Of a stretch of 64,000 bases of DNA, positions 46,379 to 57,143 are shown piece by piece. The stretch is from Candidatus Zymogenaceae bacterium (lineage in GTDB: Bacteria; Desulfobacterota; Zymogenia; Zymogenales; Zymogenaceae), in contig JAFGFE010000015.1 of assembly GCA_016931225.1 (NCBI GenBank), positions 2,858 through 66,857 of the forward strand, written 5' to 3'. The notes under the pieces are model-generated. The model saw nothing but the letters and a program-made list of their open reading frames with translations, was not told the DNA's origin and searched no databases. Made by a program: the position numbers and the translations under genes. The first letter of the stretch is position 1. Every line of letters begins with the position of its first letter.

Positions 46379-49066
46379 GTGGAGATGAGCGGACAGAAAA
46401 TGAAGGAATCTACCGGATTGGACAGGGGATACGACCCCCGGGACATTGAAGACAAGTGGTATTCCGAGTGGGAAAAACAAGAAGTCTTTCGGGCCGATAA
46501 TACATCCACGGCATCACATTATTCAATCGTCATTCCGCCCCCAAACGTGACCGGTTCACTGCACATGGGGCACGCATTGAATAATACCCTCCAGGATATT
46601 CTTATTCGATATCACAGGATGCAGGGAAAAAATACATTATGGATGCCCGGCACCGATCACGCCGGCATCGCCACTCAGAACGTGGTGGAAAAAGAACTGG
46701 CCGGCGAAGGGAAAACAAGGCACGATCTGGGAAGGGATGCGTTCATCGAAAGGGTGTGGGAGTGGCGAAAACAGTACGGCGGCGTAATCATCAATCAGCT
46801 CAAGAAGCTCGGCGCGTCGTGCGACTGGAGCCGAGAGCGCTTTACCATGGACGAGGGGCTCTCTCGGGCGGTCAGGCTGGTATTCGTGAGCCTGTACGAA
46901 AAGGGACTCCTCTACCGGGACGACCGTATCATCAACTGGTGTCCCCGGTGTCACACGGCCCTGGCCGACCTTGAGGTCGAGCACGAGGACAGCGCCGGAA
47001 GTCTCTACTATATCCGGTACCCGGTGAAGGGTGATCCGAGTGATTTCGTCACCGTGGCGACGACCCGTCCCGAGACTATGTTCGGGGATACGGCGGTTGC
47101 GGTGAATCCGGACGACCCAAGATACACACGTCTCAAGGGAAAAACAGTCATCCTCCCGATCATCGAGAGGGAGCTGCCCGTCATATTCGACCCCTACGTC
47201 AGCACCGAATTCGGCACCGGCGCCCTGAAGATAACCCCCGCCCATGATCCGAACGACTTCGAGATCGGCAACGATCACGAGCTCGAGCGGGTGGTGGTCA
47301 TAAACGAGGACGGCACCATGAACGCCGACGCCGGTCCCTATGAGGGGCTCGACCGGTACGAGGCGAGGGAGCAGGTGCTTGAAGACCTGAAGGAACAGGG
47401 ACTCCTTGAGAAGATCGAGGCCTACACGGTACCACAGGGGCACTGCTATCGATGCCGCACGGTCATCGAGCCGTTGCTCTCCAAGCAGTGGTTCGTGAAC
47501 GCGGAAGTTCTGGCCGAGGAGGCGATCAGTGCCGTGGAGGACGGCAGGACGCGCATCGTTCCCGTCCAGTGGGAAAAGACATATTTCGAGTGGATGAGAA
47601 ACATCAGGCCCTGGTGCGTTTCCCGGCAGATATGGTGGGGACACCAGATACCCGCATGGTATTGCGACGAGTGCGGCGAGGTGATCGTAGCCATGGAGGA
47701 GCCGACCGACTGCACCGCCTGCAAGGCGAGCTCCCTCACCAGAGAAACCGACGTCCTGGATACCTGGTTCAGCTCGGCGCTCTGGCCTTTTTCGACCCTG
47801 GGGTGGCCGGATGAGACAAAAGACCTGGCGACCTACTACCCCACGTCGTGTCTCGTCACCGGCTTCGATATCCTCTTTTTCTGGGTGGCCCGGATGATGA
47901 TGATGGGCCTCTTCTGCATGAAGGAGGTCCCATTCACGGACGTCTACATTCACGCCCTCGTCAGGGACGAGCACGGCCAGAAGATGAGCAAGTCCAAGGG
48001 GAACATCATCGATCCCCTGGAGGTTATTGACAAGTTCGGTGCAGACGCCTTTCGGTTCGCACTGACGGCCTTCGCGGCCATGGGACGGGACGTCAGGCTG
48101 AGCGAGGGGCGAATCGAGGGATATCGATTCTTCGTCAATAAGCTCTGGAATGCGGCGCGGTTCGTCATGATGAATACGGGTGACGACTACCGTCCGGACT
48201 TCGATTTTGCGAAGCGTGAGTTGTCCCTGTCGGACCGGTGGATACTGGAGCGAACGGCCCAGGTCACGGAAGAGGTGCGCCGGGCGCTGGATACGTATGA
48301 ATTCAACGCCGCCGCGGGGGCGGCATATCAATTCGTCTGGCATGAATTCTGTGACTGGTACCTTGAGCTGAGCAAGATCTATCTCGGGTCCGAGACTCCG
48401 GAGGATAAGAAACGGAGTCAGGATGTCTTGATGTTCGTGCTCGATACGATCGTCCGGCTCCTGCACCCGATCATCCCGTTCGTGACCGAGGAGATATTTC
48501 AGGCCATCCCCAAATCTGCGGGAAGCATCGTGAAGGCGGAGTATCCCGATGCCTCCGGAATGCCGAGATTCCCGGACGCCGTCGATGAGTTCGACCGCGT
48601 ACAGAGCCTCATTACCGGCATACGGAACATTCGGGGCGAAATGAATATCCACCCGAAGAAGATGCTTTCGGCCATTGTGTCCTCACCGGACGCCGCGGTG
48701 CTCGACGGATTGCAGGACAATACCACGTATATCAAGACGCTGGCGGGCGTTGACTCCATCGAGTTCGGGGTGGATCTTCCCCAACCCGGCGCATCGGCCA
48801 CCGTCGTGACCGGTCCTCTGACGGTATACGTTCCTTTGATAGGGGTCATCGATTTTGATGAGGAAAAGGCCCGCCTTGAAAAGGAACTCTCAAAAGTCAC
48901 GGACGATCTATCCCGTGTGAGGAATAAGCTCTCCACCGAGAAATTCATCACGAAGGCTCCGGCTGAGGTGGTCCAAAAGGAGCGGGACAAGGAATCCACC
49001 CTCGTCTCGAAACAGGAGCGACTCACCGAAAGTATCGACCGGGTTGCGGAATATATCGGAAAATAG
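46379..49066 (+). CDS. valS: valine--tRNA ligase
   Basis: 'PPPNVTGSLHMGHALN' (HIGH region), 'KMSKSKGN', and a C-terminal coiled coil. 895 aa. Confidence 0.95.
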   Translation: MEMSGQKMKESTGLDRGYDPRDIEDKWYSEWEKQEVFRADNTSTASHYSIVIPPPNVTGSLHMGHALNNTLQDILIRYHRMQGKNTLWMPGTDHAGIATQNVVEKELAGEGKTRHDLGRDAFIERVWEWRKQYGGVIINQLKKLGASCDWSRERFTMDEGLSRAVRLVFVSLYEKGLLYRDDRIINWCPRCHTALADLEVEHEDSAGSLYYIRYPVKGDPSDFVTVATTRPETMFGDTAVAVNPDDPRYTRLKGKTVILPIIERELPVIFDPYVSTEFGTGALKITPAHDPNDFEIGNDHELERVVVINEDGTMNADAGPYEGLDRYEAREQVLEDLKEQGLLEKIEAYTVPQGHCYRCRTVIEPLLSKQWFVNAEVLAEEAISAVEDGRTRIVPVQWEKTYFEWMRNIRPWCVSRQIWWGHQIPAWYCDECGEVIVAMEEPTDCTACKASSLTRETDVLDTWFSSALWPFSTLGWPDETKDLATYYPTSCLVTGFDILFFWVARMMMMGLFCMKEVPFTDVYIHALVRDEHGQKMSKSKGNIIDPLEVIDKFGADAFRFALTAFAAMGRDVRLSEGRIEGYRFFVNKLWNAARFVMMNTGDDYRPDFDFAKRELSLSDRWILERTAQVTEEVRRALDTYEFNAAAGAAYQFVWHEFCDWYLELSKIYLGSETPEDKKRSQDVLMFVLDTIVRLLHPIIPFVTEEIFQAIPKSAGSIVKAEYPDASGMPRFPDAVDEFDRVQSLITGIRNIRGEMNIHPKKMLSAIVSSPDAAVLDGLQDNTTYIKTLAGVDSIEFGVDLPQPGASATVVTGPLTVYVPLIGVIDFDEEKARLEKELSKVTDDLSRVRNKLSTEKFITKAPAEVVQKERDKESTLVSKQERLTESIDRVAEYIGK

Positions 49067-49103
49067 AAACGGCCGACGGCCCGCATCATGTGGATAGAAA
49101 AAT

Positions 49104-49943
49104 ATGGAGCTCACGGCGCATACACGGGCACTCATAGAACTGGCCCTCATGGAGGACATGAGCGGCGGCGACATCACCACCCGGGCGACGATCACCGATG
49201 ACCATGGGTCGAGGGCGGTGGTCACCGCCAAGGAAGATATCGTGCTGGCGGGGATTGAGGTATTCAAAGCCGTTTTTAAACAGCTGGGGGGGGATGTTCT
49301 GTGCACCGAAAAAGTCACAGACGGGGATTTCATCTCCGGCGGGATGGCGGTTATGGAGGTGGAGGGGTCGACGGCGACGCTTCTCGGTGGCGAGCGGACG
49401 GCCCTGAATTTTCTCATGAGGCTCTCCGGCATTGCGACCCTCACACGGAGATGCGTGGATTCAATCGCGGGCACGGGAGCGACGGTGGTGGATACCAGGA
49501 AGACCACACCCGGTTGGAGATATCTGGAAAAATACGCCGTGAGGATGGGAGGGGGACGGAATCATAGGTATTCCCTGTCGGACGGCGTGCTCATCAAGGA
49601 CAATCATATTACCGCGTCGGGCGGGATAACAGAGGCGGTCAATCGGGCGAAAAAAACCGCTCCCCATACCTCGCGAATAGAGGTGGAGGTATCGACCACG
49701 GAACAGATAACCGAAGCGCTGAATGTCGGTGCGGATATTCTGCTTCTGGATAATATGACGCCCGATGAGATCGCCGATGCCGTAACACTCATAGACGGAC
49801 GGGCGTTGATCGAGGCGTCGGGCGGAATCACCCTCGAAAACATCAGGAAATATGCCGAGGCGGGGGTTGATTTCATATCATTGGGGGCGCTGACACACGG
49901 CGCTCGATCCGTTGATATCAATATGAAGATCGTGGCCGTATGA
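49104..49943 (+). CDS. nadC: nicotinate-nucleotide diphosphorylase (carboxylating)
   Basis: 'GGERTALNFLMRLSGIAT' and 'DTRKTTPGWRYLEKYAVRMGGGRNHR'. Confidence 0.9.
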   Translation: MELTAHTRALIELALMEDMSGGDITTRATITDDHGSRAVVTAKEDIVLAGIEVFKAVFKQLGGDVLCTEKVTDGDFISGGMAVMEVEGSTATLLGGERTALNFLMRLSGIATLTRRCVDSIAGTGATVVDTRKTTPGWRYLEKYAVRMGGGRNHRYSLSDGVLIKDNHITASGGITEAVNRAKKTAPHTSRIEVEVSTTEQITEALNVGADILLLDNMTPDEIADAVTLIDGRALIEASGGITLENIRKYAEAGVDFISLGALTHGARSVDINMKIVAV

Positions 49944-50743
49944 ACGAGGACCTTCCCTTTTTCATAAAATCAAGGCTCAAAACGCGTATAGTCGGGAGCG
50001 AGGTCGTCTATTATCGGGAGACCGATTCCACGAACGATGATGCCGTGCAATTTGCGTCCCGGGGCGTTGAAGAGGGTTGGGTGATTATCGCCGGAAATCA
50101 GCGATCCGGTAAGGGGAGGCGGGGGAAAACGTGGAACGCCCCGGGGGGGCAGAACGTGTATCTCTCACTGATTCTTCGCCCCCGGATATCGACGAAACGG
50201 GCATCGCTGTTGACGATCCTTGCGGCCCTGGCGGTTGCCGAAGTCCTGGGAGAATATATCTTAAAGGACAGTGGACAGGTCTCCATAAAATGGCCGAATG
50301 ATGTGATGATCGGCGATAAAAAAATATCCGGTATTCTCCTGGAGATGGGAAAGGATAAAAACAACGCATTGTTTTACGTTATCGGAATCGGCATTAATAT
50401 AAACGCCCGCATTCAGGATATGCCGGAGGCGATACGAAATATCGCCACGTCCCTCTACATGGAACTCGGATACGCGGTTTCAGTGAAGGATGTTCTTTTT
50501 AAGCTTCTGTACCGCCTCGATTACTGGTATCGTTTGTATTGCGGACAGAGGTTCGATGAGATCATCGCCCGGTTTCGGACATATGAAAACACCACCGGAA
50601 AACGGGTCAGTGTGATGGTAGCGGGAAACATCATCGAGGGGGAGGCCATCGGCGTAGATGATAACGGATTCTTGCATGTACGGGACGATTACGGCAAGGT
50701 GCACATATCGACTTCAGGTGAGCTGACTATTGAGGATGAATAA
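49940..50743 (+). CDS. birA: biotin--[acetyl-CoA-carboxylase] ligase (no N-terminal HTH domain)
   Basis: '[19 protein letters not shown]' biotin-binding loop. 267 aa, so it is a group I BPL without the repressor domain. Confidence 0.85.
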   Translation: MNEDLPFFIKSRLKTRIVGSEVVYYRETDSTNDDAVQFASRGVEEGWVIIAGNQRSGKGRRGKTWNAPGGQNVYLSLILRPRISTKRASLLTILAALAVAEVLGEYILKDSGQVSIKWPNDVMIGDKKISGILLEMGKDKNNALFYVIGIGININARIQDMPEAIRNIATSLYMELGYAVSVKDVLFKLLYRLDYWYRLYCGQRFDEIIARFRTYENTTGKRVSVMVAGNIIEGEAIGVDDNGFLHVRDDYGKVHISTSGELTIEDE

Positions 50744-51512
50744 TATGCTGTTAGTGCTGGATATAGGAAATACCAATACCGTCGTCGGTGTGTATGACGG
50801 TGAAGATCTGGTCAGTGACTGGCGTGTTATGACGCTTCCCGAGCGGACGGCGGATGAATACGGAGTCCTGGTCCAGAGTCTCTACCATTCTTCCAGAATA
50901 AGCTCGAGGGATATCAAGGACATCATCGTTTCATGCGTGGTGCCGCCGATGGTCGGGATAGTAGATGAACTGTGCGAAAAGTATTTTCATCTGCATCCCA
51001 TGTTCGTTGAGCCGGGAATCAAGACCGGTATGCCGGTTCTCTACGACAATCCCCGGGAGGTGGGCGCGGATCGCATCGTCAACTCGGTTGCGGCGTATCG
51101 AAGGTGTCAAAGGGATCTGATAGTGGTTGATTTCGGTACGGCAACGACGTTCGATTATGTCAGCGCCAAGGGAGAATACCTCGGTGGAATTATTGCACCG
51201 GGTTTGACCACATCCAGCGAGGCGCTTTTCTCCCGGGCCAGCAAGCTGCCGAAGGTCGAGCTCGTCAGACCAAAGACGGTTATCGGAAAGAATACGATTC
51301 ACAGCATGCAAGCCGGAATCGTTTTCGGGTATGTTGATATGGTTGATGGTATCATTCAACGCATCAAGGATGAGACCGGCAGCGATCCATATGTCATCGC
51401 CACAGGGGGGCTTGCGGACCTGATAGCAAATGAATCGAAAATGATCCAGGAGGTGGATCATTACCTGACGCTGGAGGGTCTCAAGGAACTGTACAAGATG
51501 AACAAGGCGTAG
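50730..51512 (+). CDS. coaX: type III pantothenate kinase
   Basis: '[15 protein letters not shown]' ASKHA phosphate-1 motif. birA-coaX overlap. Confidence 0.85.
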   Translation: MRMNNMLLVLDIGNTNTVVGVYDGEDLVSDWRVMTLPERTADEYGVLVQSLYHSSRISSRDIKDIIVSCVVPPMVGIVDELCEKYFHLHPMFVEPGIKTGMPVLYDNPREVGADRIVNSVAAYRRCQRDLIVVDFGTATTFDYVSAKGEYLGGIIAPGLTTSSEALFSRASKLPKVELVRPKTVIGKNTIHSMQAGIVFGYVDMVDGIIQRIKDETGSDPYVIATGGLADLIANESKMIQEVDHYLTLEGLKELYKMNKA

Positions 51513-51632
51513 AGCAAACAGTACGGGCATCCGGTAATTGTCCGGAAAATGTACGAGATGTCAAACTATCCTTGATTTTTTCCATCTGCATATATAAGAT
51601 AAGTAAAATTTTTGCGCGAAGGAGCATGGTGT

Positions 51633-53711
51633 ATGAAATTTGAAAGTGCAGATATTAGAAATGTTGCGTTTGTCGGTCATTCAGGATGCGGAAAGACAAG
51701 CCTGGCCGAGGCGATACTGTTTGACACCAAGGCCATAGACCGACTGGGGAAGGTGGACGACGGAAACAGCGCAATGGACTTCGATCCGGAGGAAACCAAT
51801 AGAAATATATCGATCAGTTCGGCTTTATTCGATTTTGAATGGAAGAAAAAGAAAATAAACCTGATCGACACGCCCGGTGACGCGGACTTCAACACAGACG
51901 CACAGATATGCCTTTCGGTGGCGGACAACGCCGTGATCATCGTCGACGCTGTGAGCGGTATTGAAATCCAGACGGAAAGGATGTGGAAGAAGGCCGAGGA
52001 GCTGGGAATCCCGAAAATTGTTTTCATTTCCAAGCTGGATCGAGAGCGGGCGGATTTCACCAGGGCGCTTGATGCATTGAAGGCAGGCTTCAAGGGAAGT
52101 TTTGCACCGATCACCTTTCCGGTAGGGAAGGAGACGGACTTTAAAGGCGTCGTGGATATTTTCGCCAACAAGGCGTTGATATATGCCGATGATCACTCCG
52201 GGAACTACGAAACAGTCGATATCCCGGGAGATATCGCATCGACCGTCGAGGAGATGAGAAACGAGATGATCGAATCCATCGCCGAGTCGGACGATGAGTT
52301 GTTGGAGAAATATCTCGATGGAGGTGAGCTGACTCCCGAAGAGCTTGCAAATGGAATGAAAAGCGGTGTGATGAACGGAACCGTTATCCCGGTATTTTGC
52401 GGGTCCGGGCTGAAGAACATCGGCGCACAGCCGCTGGTTGATTTTCTGGCCCAGGCGGGCATATCACCCCTGGAGCGGCCGGAGATAACCGCCACGGACA
52501 AATCCGGAAATGCCATAACGGTACATCCCGATCCGGACGGCCCCCTGGCCGCCCAGGTGTTCAAGACCATCGCCGATCCGTATGCGGGAAAGCTCTCTAT
52601 CTTTCGCGTGTTTTCAGGGTCCATGAAGGCGGACTCGAACCTGGTAAATAACACAAAAGATATCAAGGAGCGTGTGGGGCAGCTTCTCCACATCAGGGGC
52701 AAGGGGCAGAACCCCACGAACATCGCACCCACGGGAGACATCGCAGCGGTGGCAAAACTGAAAGAGACCGTCACGGGCGACACGCTTGCCGACCCGAACA
52801 ACGATGTCATATTCCCCCAATTTGAGATGCCGACGAGGATCATGTCGTTCGCTCTTGTTCCCAAGAGTAAGGGCGATGAGGACAAGGTGATGACCTCCAT
52901 CCACCGATTGATGGAAGAAGACCCCACAGTCAAGATCCACAGGGACGAGCAGACAAAGCAGCTGTTGCTGTCGGGTATGGGCCAGGTGCACCTTGAGGTG
53001 ATCATCGCAAAGCTGAAGAGCAAGTTCGGCGTCGAGGTGGACCTTTTTCTCCCAAAGGTGCCGTATAAGGAAACCATCAAAGGAAAGGCCAGGGTTCAGG
53101 GACGGTACAAAAAGCAGACGGGAGGTCGGGGACAGTTCGGCGATACTTGGATGGAAATCGAGCCGCTTCCCAGGGGAGGGGGGTTCGAATTCGTCGATAA
53201 GATCGTCGGCGGCGTCATCCCGAGACAGTACATCCCCGCCTGCCAGAAGGGCATCGAGGAAGCCATGCTGGGAGGCGTCATGGCCGGGTATCCGGTGGTG
53301 GATGTGAAGGTGGATTTGGTAGACGGCTCATACCATGCGGTCGACTCTTCAGAAATGGCGTTTAAGATAGCCGCGTCCATGGGATTTAAAAAGGGCTTCA
53401 TGGACTGTAATCCGGTTATGCTGGAACCGATCATGAAGATGGAAATAATCGTTCCGGAAGAGAACGTGGGTGATGTCATGGGAGATCTCAACAGCCGCCG
53501 GGGCCGGGTGGCGGGCGTGGACGTAAGGGACGGCATCCAGGTCATCAAGGCGCTCGTTCCCATGGTGGAAGTACTGACATATGCGCCGGACCTCAGGTCC
53601 ATATCCAGCGGCAGGGGGACGTTTTCCATGGAACTGGATCACTATGAGGAGGTTCCCGCCCACCTTGTCGATAAGATCATCCAGGAGGCTGAAGAGGAAA
53701 AGAACGACTAA
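51633..53711 (+). CDS. elongation factor G family GTPase (EF-G paralog)
   Basis: G1 'GHSGCGKTS', G3 'DTPGDADF', G4 'SKLD', plus all five EF-G domains. AAGGAG ribosome-binding site. Start set at the second ATG of the ORF. Confidence 0.85.
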   Translation: MKFESADIRNVAFVGHSGCGKTSLAEAILFDTKAIDRLGKVDDGNSAMDFDPEETNRNISISSALFDFEWKKKKINLIDTPGDADFNTDAQICLSVADNAVIIVDAVSGIEIQTERMWKKAEELGIPKIVFISKLDRERADFTRALDALKAGFKGSFAPITFPVGKETDFKGVVDIFANKALIYADDHSGNYETVDIPGDIASTVEEMRNEMIESIAESDDELLEKYLDGGELTPEELANGMKSGVMNGTVIPVFCGSGLKNIGAQPLVDFLAQAGISPLERPEITATDKSGNAITVHPDPDGPLAAQVFKTIADPYAGKLSIFRVFSGSMKADSNLVNNTKDIKERVGQLLHIRGKGQNPTNIAPTGDIAAVAKLKETVTGDTLADPNNDVIFPQFEMPTRIMSFALVPKSKGDEDKVMTSIHRLMEEDPTVKIHRDEQTKQLLLSGMGQVHLEVIIAKLKSKFGVEVDLFLPKVPYKETIKGKARVQGRYKKQTGGRGQFGDTWMEIEPLPRGGGFEFVDKIVGGVIPRQYIPACQKGIEEAMLGGVMAGYPVVDVKVDLVDGSYHAVDSSEMAFKIAASMGFKKGFMDCNPVMLEPIMKMEIIVPEENVGDVMGDLNSRRGRVAGVDVRDGIQVIKALVPMVEVLTYAPDLRSISSGRGTFSMELDHYEEVPAHLVDKIIQEAEEEKND

Positions 53712-53965
53712 CGGCATTCCCTGGGATTGAATCGAAGGCTTCCTGTCGCTCGCATGATGGTGTATAATTCGATAGTATACTTCGGCACCGTTATGTTTGA
53801 AGAGGTGTGCGGGTGAGAACGTTGTCGTGGCGATAACGTGAACATCGGTGGGGGTGGGAGAAGGCGATGGCGTTGTTGAATGCGGTTTCAAAGAACATAC
53901 ACCTACAAGCGAAAGAAAGTTTTTTCGCCGAGTGGGCGGAGCGGAGAACCGCTGCGGTTGATGGT

Positions 53966-54778
53966 ATGCCGGGAAACAGGCGGCATATAGAGACGCGGCG
54001 GTTTTTTCATTTCACACGATCTTTTCTGTTTCTGGTCTCTGCCTTTCTGCTGTTATCCGGATGTGAATCGGATCATACACCGAGCGAAAAACCTGAGGGG
54101 CATCTTGTTATAACCGACGACGAAATCCTTCTTACCCTGCCGCGGGAATCGACCGAGGAGCCGTATTCCACCGTATCCTCGGCACCGATAGATGAGAATA
54201 CCTTTTATGATTCGCTTTCCGATATTGGAGTCGAGAACGGGGTTCTTTCGGATGATGATTCCACATTAAAAGACGGGGATGATGGCGGCGTGACGACGAA
54301 CGAATCCCCCGATGATCGGGCGCTTTTTTCACTGCAGGTCGGGGCATTCATCTTCGATCGAAACCTGGAAAAACAGGCCGAAGAACTGGAGGAGCACGGG
54401 TTTACCCACTACGTGGATGAAACGGAGAGGGTGGTGTTGATGTTTTGTCCGATCGTATCCCGTGGACTTTCCAGGGACGGCGCGGAATCGTTCATGGAGC
54501 GATTTCCCACGGACGTCGTCGATCCGGTGATGATTCCGATGGAAAAAGGGGCGTTTGACGTCACTGCGGGGCTTTTTTATTATAGGGAGGATGCGGATGT
54601 GATCGCCGGACGCCTGAAGGATTTTGGCTATGATCCGACGATCGAAGAGAGAACGGTGGAAGTGGTGATAAAGCGATTGCGGATCGGGTATTATGAAGAA
54701 ATCGAACATGCAAAAAGTGATTCCCGGCTTTTGGAAAAACTGGGCTATGAGCCGATTATCGTGAAAGTAGAGAAGTGA
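53966..54778 (+). CDS. SPOR-domain lipoprotein (two SPOR-like repeats)
   Basis: Lipobox 'LLLSGC'. Two 'F/YSLQVGAF' / 'RLRIGYY' SPOR-like beta-alpha repeats in the C-terminal half. Start set at the internal ATG (MPGNRRH...); the ORF begins at 53867. Confidence 0.5.
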   Translation: MPGNRRHIETRRFFHFTRSFLFLVSAFLLLSGCESDHTPSEKPEGHLVITDDEILLTLPRESTEEPYSTVSSAPIDENTFYDSLSDIGVENGVLSDDDSTLKDGDDGGVTTNESPDDRALFSLQVGAFIFDRNLEKQAEELEEHGFTHYVDETERVVLMFCPIVSRGLSRDGAESFMERFPTDVVDPVMIPMEKGAFDVTAGLFYYREDADVIAGRLKDFGYDPTIEERTVEVVIKRLRIGYYEEIEHAKSDSRLLEKLGYEPIIVKVEK

Positions 54779-55836
54779 AAATCAAACTCTCAAAGGAAGC
54801 GCTGAAATTCGTTCAACCGAACTCTCCCAGACAGGTCAAGCTCATGGCGGCCTCGGGATCGATCCCGCTCAATCCGAAAGAGCTCGTCGTGGTGCTGTAT
54901 GTATTGTGCACCGACAAGGATGTGGAGATCAAAAAAAAGGCGATTCAGACACTCAGAACATTCTCAAAAAAGCTGATCGTCAATGTAATGGATGACAATC
55001 TTCATCCGGGCATTATAGATTTTCTTGTTCGATATCATGTAGACAGCCGCTCCTTCTATGAGAAGGCCGTTTTCAATAAAAACACGTCGGAAAAAACCAT
55101 TTTGTTTCTGGCTTCGCTTACCGATCGCGACCTGTTGGAGCTGATCATCTCCAACCAGGAACGGTTACTGCAATCAAGGCTTCTGTATGACACACTTATC
55201 AAGAATGAGGCGGTTTCCGGCGCACTGAGGAGCAAATTAGTGGAGCTGGTGGAGGGACGGTATGTCGCAGACTCCCAGGTGGAAAAAATGCCTGTGGAAA
55301 TCGAGCGTCAAAAAACGGAAGATGACACGGAAGACGAGTCGGAGGATCTGGCCGACCGGGAGACGGAAGAGACTCCGAAAGAGGGCGAGGACGAGGAAAG
55401 TCAAGAAGGGGACGATGCCGATCTCAACCTTGACCAGAAAATCAGAAAGATGTCCGTGGCGGAAAGAATCAGATACGCCTCTCTCGGGAACAAGGAGGCA
55501 CGTACTCTTCTTTTGAGAGATGCCAGCAGGACGGTCATTAGAGCGGTTATGAACAGCCCGAAGCTGACAGAGGAGGAGGTCATTGCGATCGCCAAATCGA
55601 AACAGAGCAATGATGAAGCCGTACGAATGGTAACCAGAAATAAGGAATGGATGAAGATATACGCGGTGAAACACGGGCTTGTGAGCAACCCGAAAACACC
55701 AACGGGCATCGCAATGAGGCTTATTCCATATTTGAACGTAAAAGATATAAAAGAGATTGCGAAGAGCAAGAACGTACCGGGCGTTATAGCAAATACGGCG
55801 AAAAAGGCGTTGCAGAGCAAGGAAAAGAAACACTAA
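54775..55836 (+). CDS. hypothetical protein with 'NPKTP/NSPK'-capped helical repeats and a central acidic linker, candidate partner of the downstream MglA-like GTPase
   Basis: GTG start overlapping the upstream stop (GTGA). Repeats at both termini ('PNSPRQVKLMAASG', 'LNPKELVVVLY', 'MNSPKLTEEEVIAIAK', 'SNPKTPTGIAMRLI'). Acidic block 'EDDTEDESEDLADRETEE'. Confidence 0.45.
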   Translation: MKIKLSKEALKFVQPNSPRQVKLMAASGSIPLNPKELVVVLYVLCTDKDVEIKKKAIQTLRTFSKKLIVNVMDDNLHPGIIDFLVRYHVDSRSFYEKAVFNKNTSEKTILFLASLTDRDLLELIISNQERLLQSRLLYDTLIKNEAVSGALRSKLVELVEGRYVADSQVEKMPVEIERQKTEDDTEDESEDLADRETEETPKEGEDEESQEGDDADLNLDQKIRKMSVAERIRYASLGNKEARTLLLRDASRTVIRAVMNSPKLTEEEVIAIAKSKQSNDEAVRMVTRNKEWMKIYAVKHGLVSNPKTPTGIAMRLIPYLNVKDIKEIAKSKNVPGVIANTAKKALQSKEKKH

Positions 55837-55852
55837 CAAAGGATGGCGGAGA

Positions 55853-56935
55853 ATGGCACTGATTAACTATGCAAATAAAGAGATAAACGCCAAGATTGTC
55901 TATTATGGTCCCGGGCTTTCGGGAAAGACGACGAACATTCAGTTTATCCATTCAAAGCTGAAACCGGAACATCGTGGAAAGCTGATCACTCTGCCCACTC
56001 AGACCGACAGGACGCTCTTTTTCGATTTTTTGCCGGTTGAAATACCGAACGTCAAGGGATTTACCACACGGTTCCACTTGTATACGGTTCCGGGACAGGT
56101 TTTCTATAACGCCACCAGGAAGATGGTTCTCAAGGGTGTCGACGGTGTGGTATTCGTCGCCGATTCCCAGGTCGAGAAATTGGACGATAACATCGAGAGC
56201 CTCAAGAACCTCGATGAGAACCTCCAGGAATACGGCAAGTCCATCAAGGCTCTTCCCCTCGTTATTCAGTACAACAAACGGGACCTGAAAAACATCAGCA
56301 AGATCATCGATTTGACGAAACAAATCAATCCATTGGGATATCCTTCCTTCGAAGCGATCGCGACAGAGGGAAAGGGAGTGATGGAAACCCTGGCCGCCAT
56401 TTCACGTCAAGTACTCAAGCATCTGAAAGAATCCTACGACTCTCAGAAAATTCTGCGCATGTCCGAAGAACATGCAAAGATTATCGGGAAGGAGAAAGCA
56501 CAACAAGTTGTCACGGAAGAGGTGGGGCAGGCGGATCGGTCATCCGTCATGCTTGGCGGCGGTGGATTGACAAATGGTATTGATATTAATAAAGTGAACT
56601 CAGTTATCGATGATCGGATAGACAGGAAGGACGATCAGCTTGGGGTGATGGGGGAATTCGATAACAACAACGATTCGACCGCCGGTGCTGCTTCAGATTC
56701 GGCGCCGGCTCCCGGCGGGGCGGCGGCCGAGACGGCCACCCCGCAACCGGGCGACTTCAAAACCCCAAGGGAGGCTGAACATGTCGAGTTGGTTCTTGGG
56801 GGAGAGATAGAGCGGATGGGTGTCAGTACATTCAAAATACCATTGACATTTCAGGTCGATGCCATAAAAAAAGACATCGTATTGAACATTTCCGTTCAAA
56901 TTACCGACAGTGAAAAGGACCGGGACATCTTTTAA
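55853..56935 (+). CDS. MglA-family small GTPase with ~170-aa C-terminal extension
   Basis: Residues 1-190 are collinear with MglA ('KIVYYGPGLSGKTTN', 'TDRTLFFDFLP', 'YTVPGQVFY', 'VIQYNKRDL'). A Gly/Ala/Ser-rich linker and a ~55-aa beta-rich terminal module follow. Confidence 0.8.
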   Translation: MALINYANKEINAKIVYYGPGLSGKTTNIQFIHSKLKPEHRGKLITLPTQTDRTLFFDFLPVEIPNVKGFTTRFHLYTVPGQVFYNATRKMVLKGVDGVVFVADSQVEKLDDNIESLKNLDENLQEYGKSIKALPLVIQYNKRDLKNISKIIDLTKQINPLGYPSFEAIATEGKGVMETLAAISRQVLKHLKESYDSQKILRMSEEHAKIIGKEKAQQVVTEEVGQADRSSVMLGGGGLTNGIDINKVNSVIDDRIDRKDDQLGVMGEFDNNNDSTAGAASDSAPAPGGAAAETATPQPGDFKTPREAEHVELVLGGEIERMGVSTFKIPLTFQVDAIKKDIVLNISVQITDSEKDRDIF

Positions 56936-56992
56936 TCCCGGCCCCAATATCTTTTTCTGACATATTGATACAAAAACTCCACGTTTAAAAAA

Positions 56993-57020
56993 GGGTGTTT
57001 CAATCGGATACCCTTTTTTT
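56993..57020. terminator. bidirectional rho-independent terminator between convergent genes
   Basis: A6 run, then GGGTGT-TTCAATCG-GATACCC (with one G.U pair), then a T7 run. Confidence 0.55.
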
Positions 57021-57143
57021 ATATCTGGCACCTGGATTGTTTCACCGGCACATGACAGCTCATGGATGGATGAATCATTCATGAATCAGCCTATATCAGC
57101 GTCAAGTCGGTGACGGTCAGGTCCATTTCAGCATGCCTTCTTA

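Noticed and set aside
53175-53195. 'GGGTTCGAATTCG' resembling a tRNA T-arm
   Set aside because: It lies inside the EF-G coding frame and has no acceptor or anticodon stem context. There are no tRNA genes in the window.
57026-57040. Sigma-54-like -24/-12 element TGGCAC-N5-TTGT
   Set aside because: The -12 box reads TTGT, so the critical GC is absent. It lies in a convergent terminator region where a rightward promoter would only produce antisense to the coiled-coil gene.
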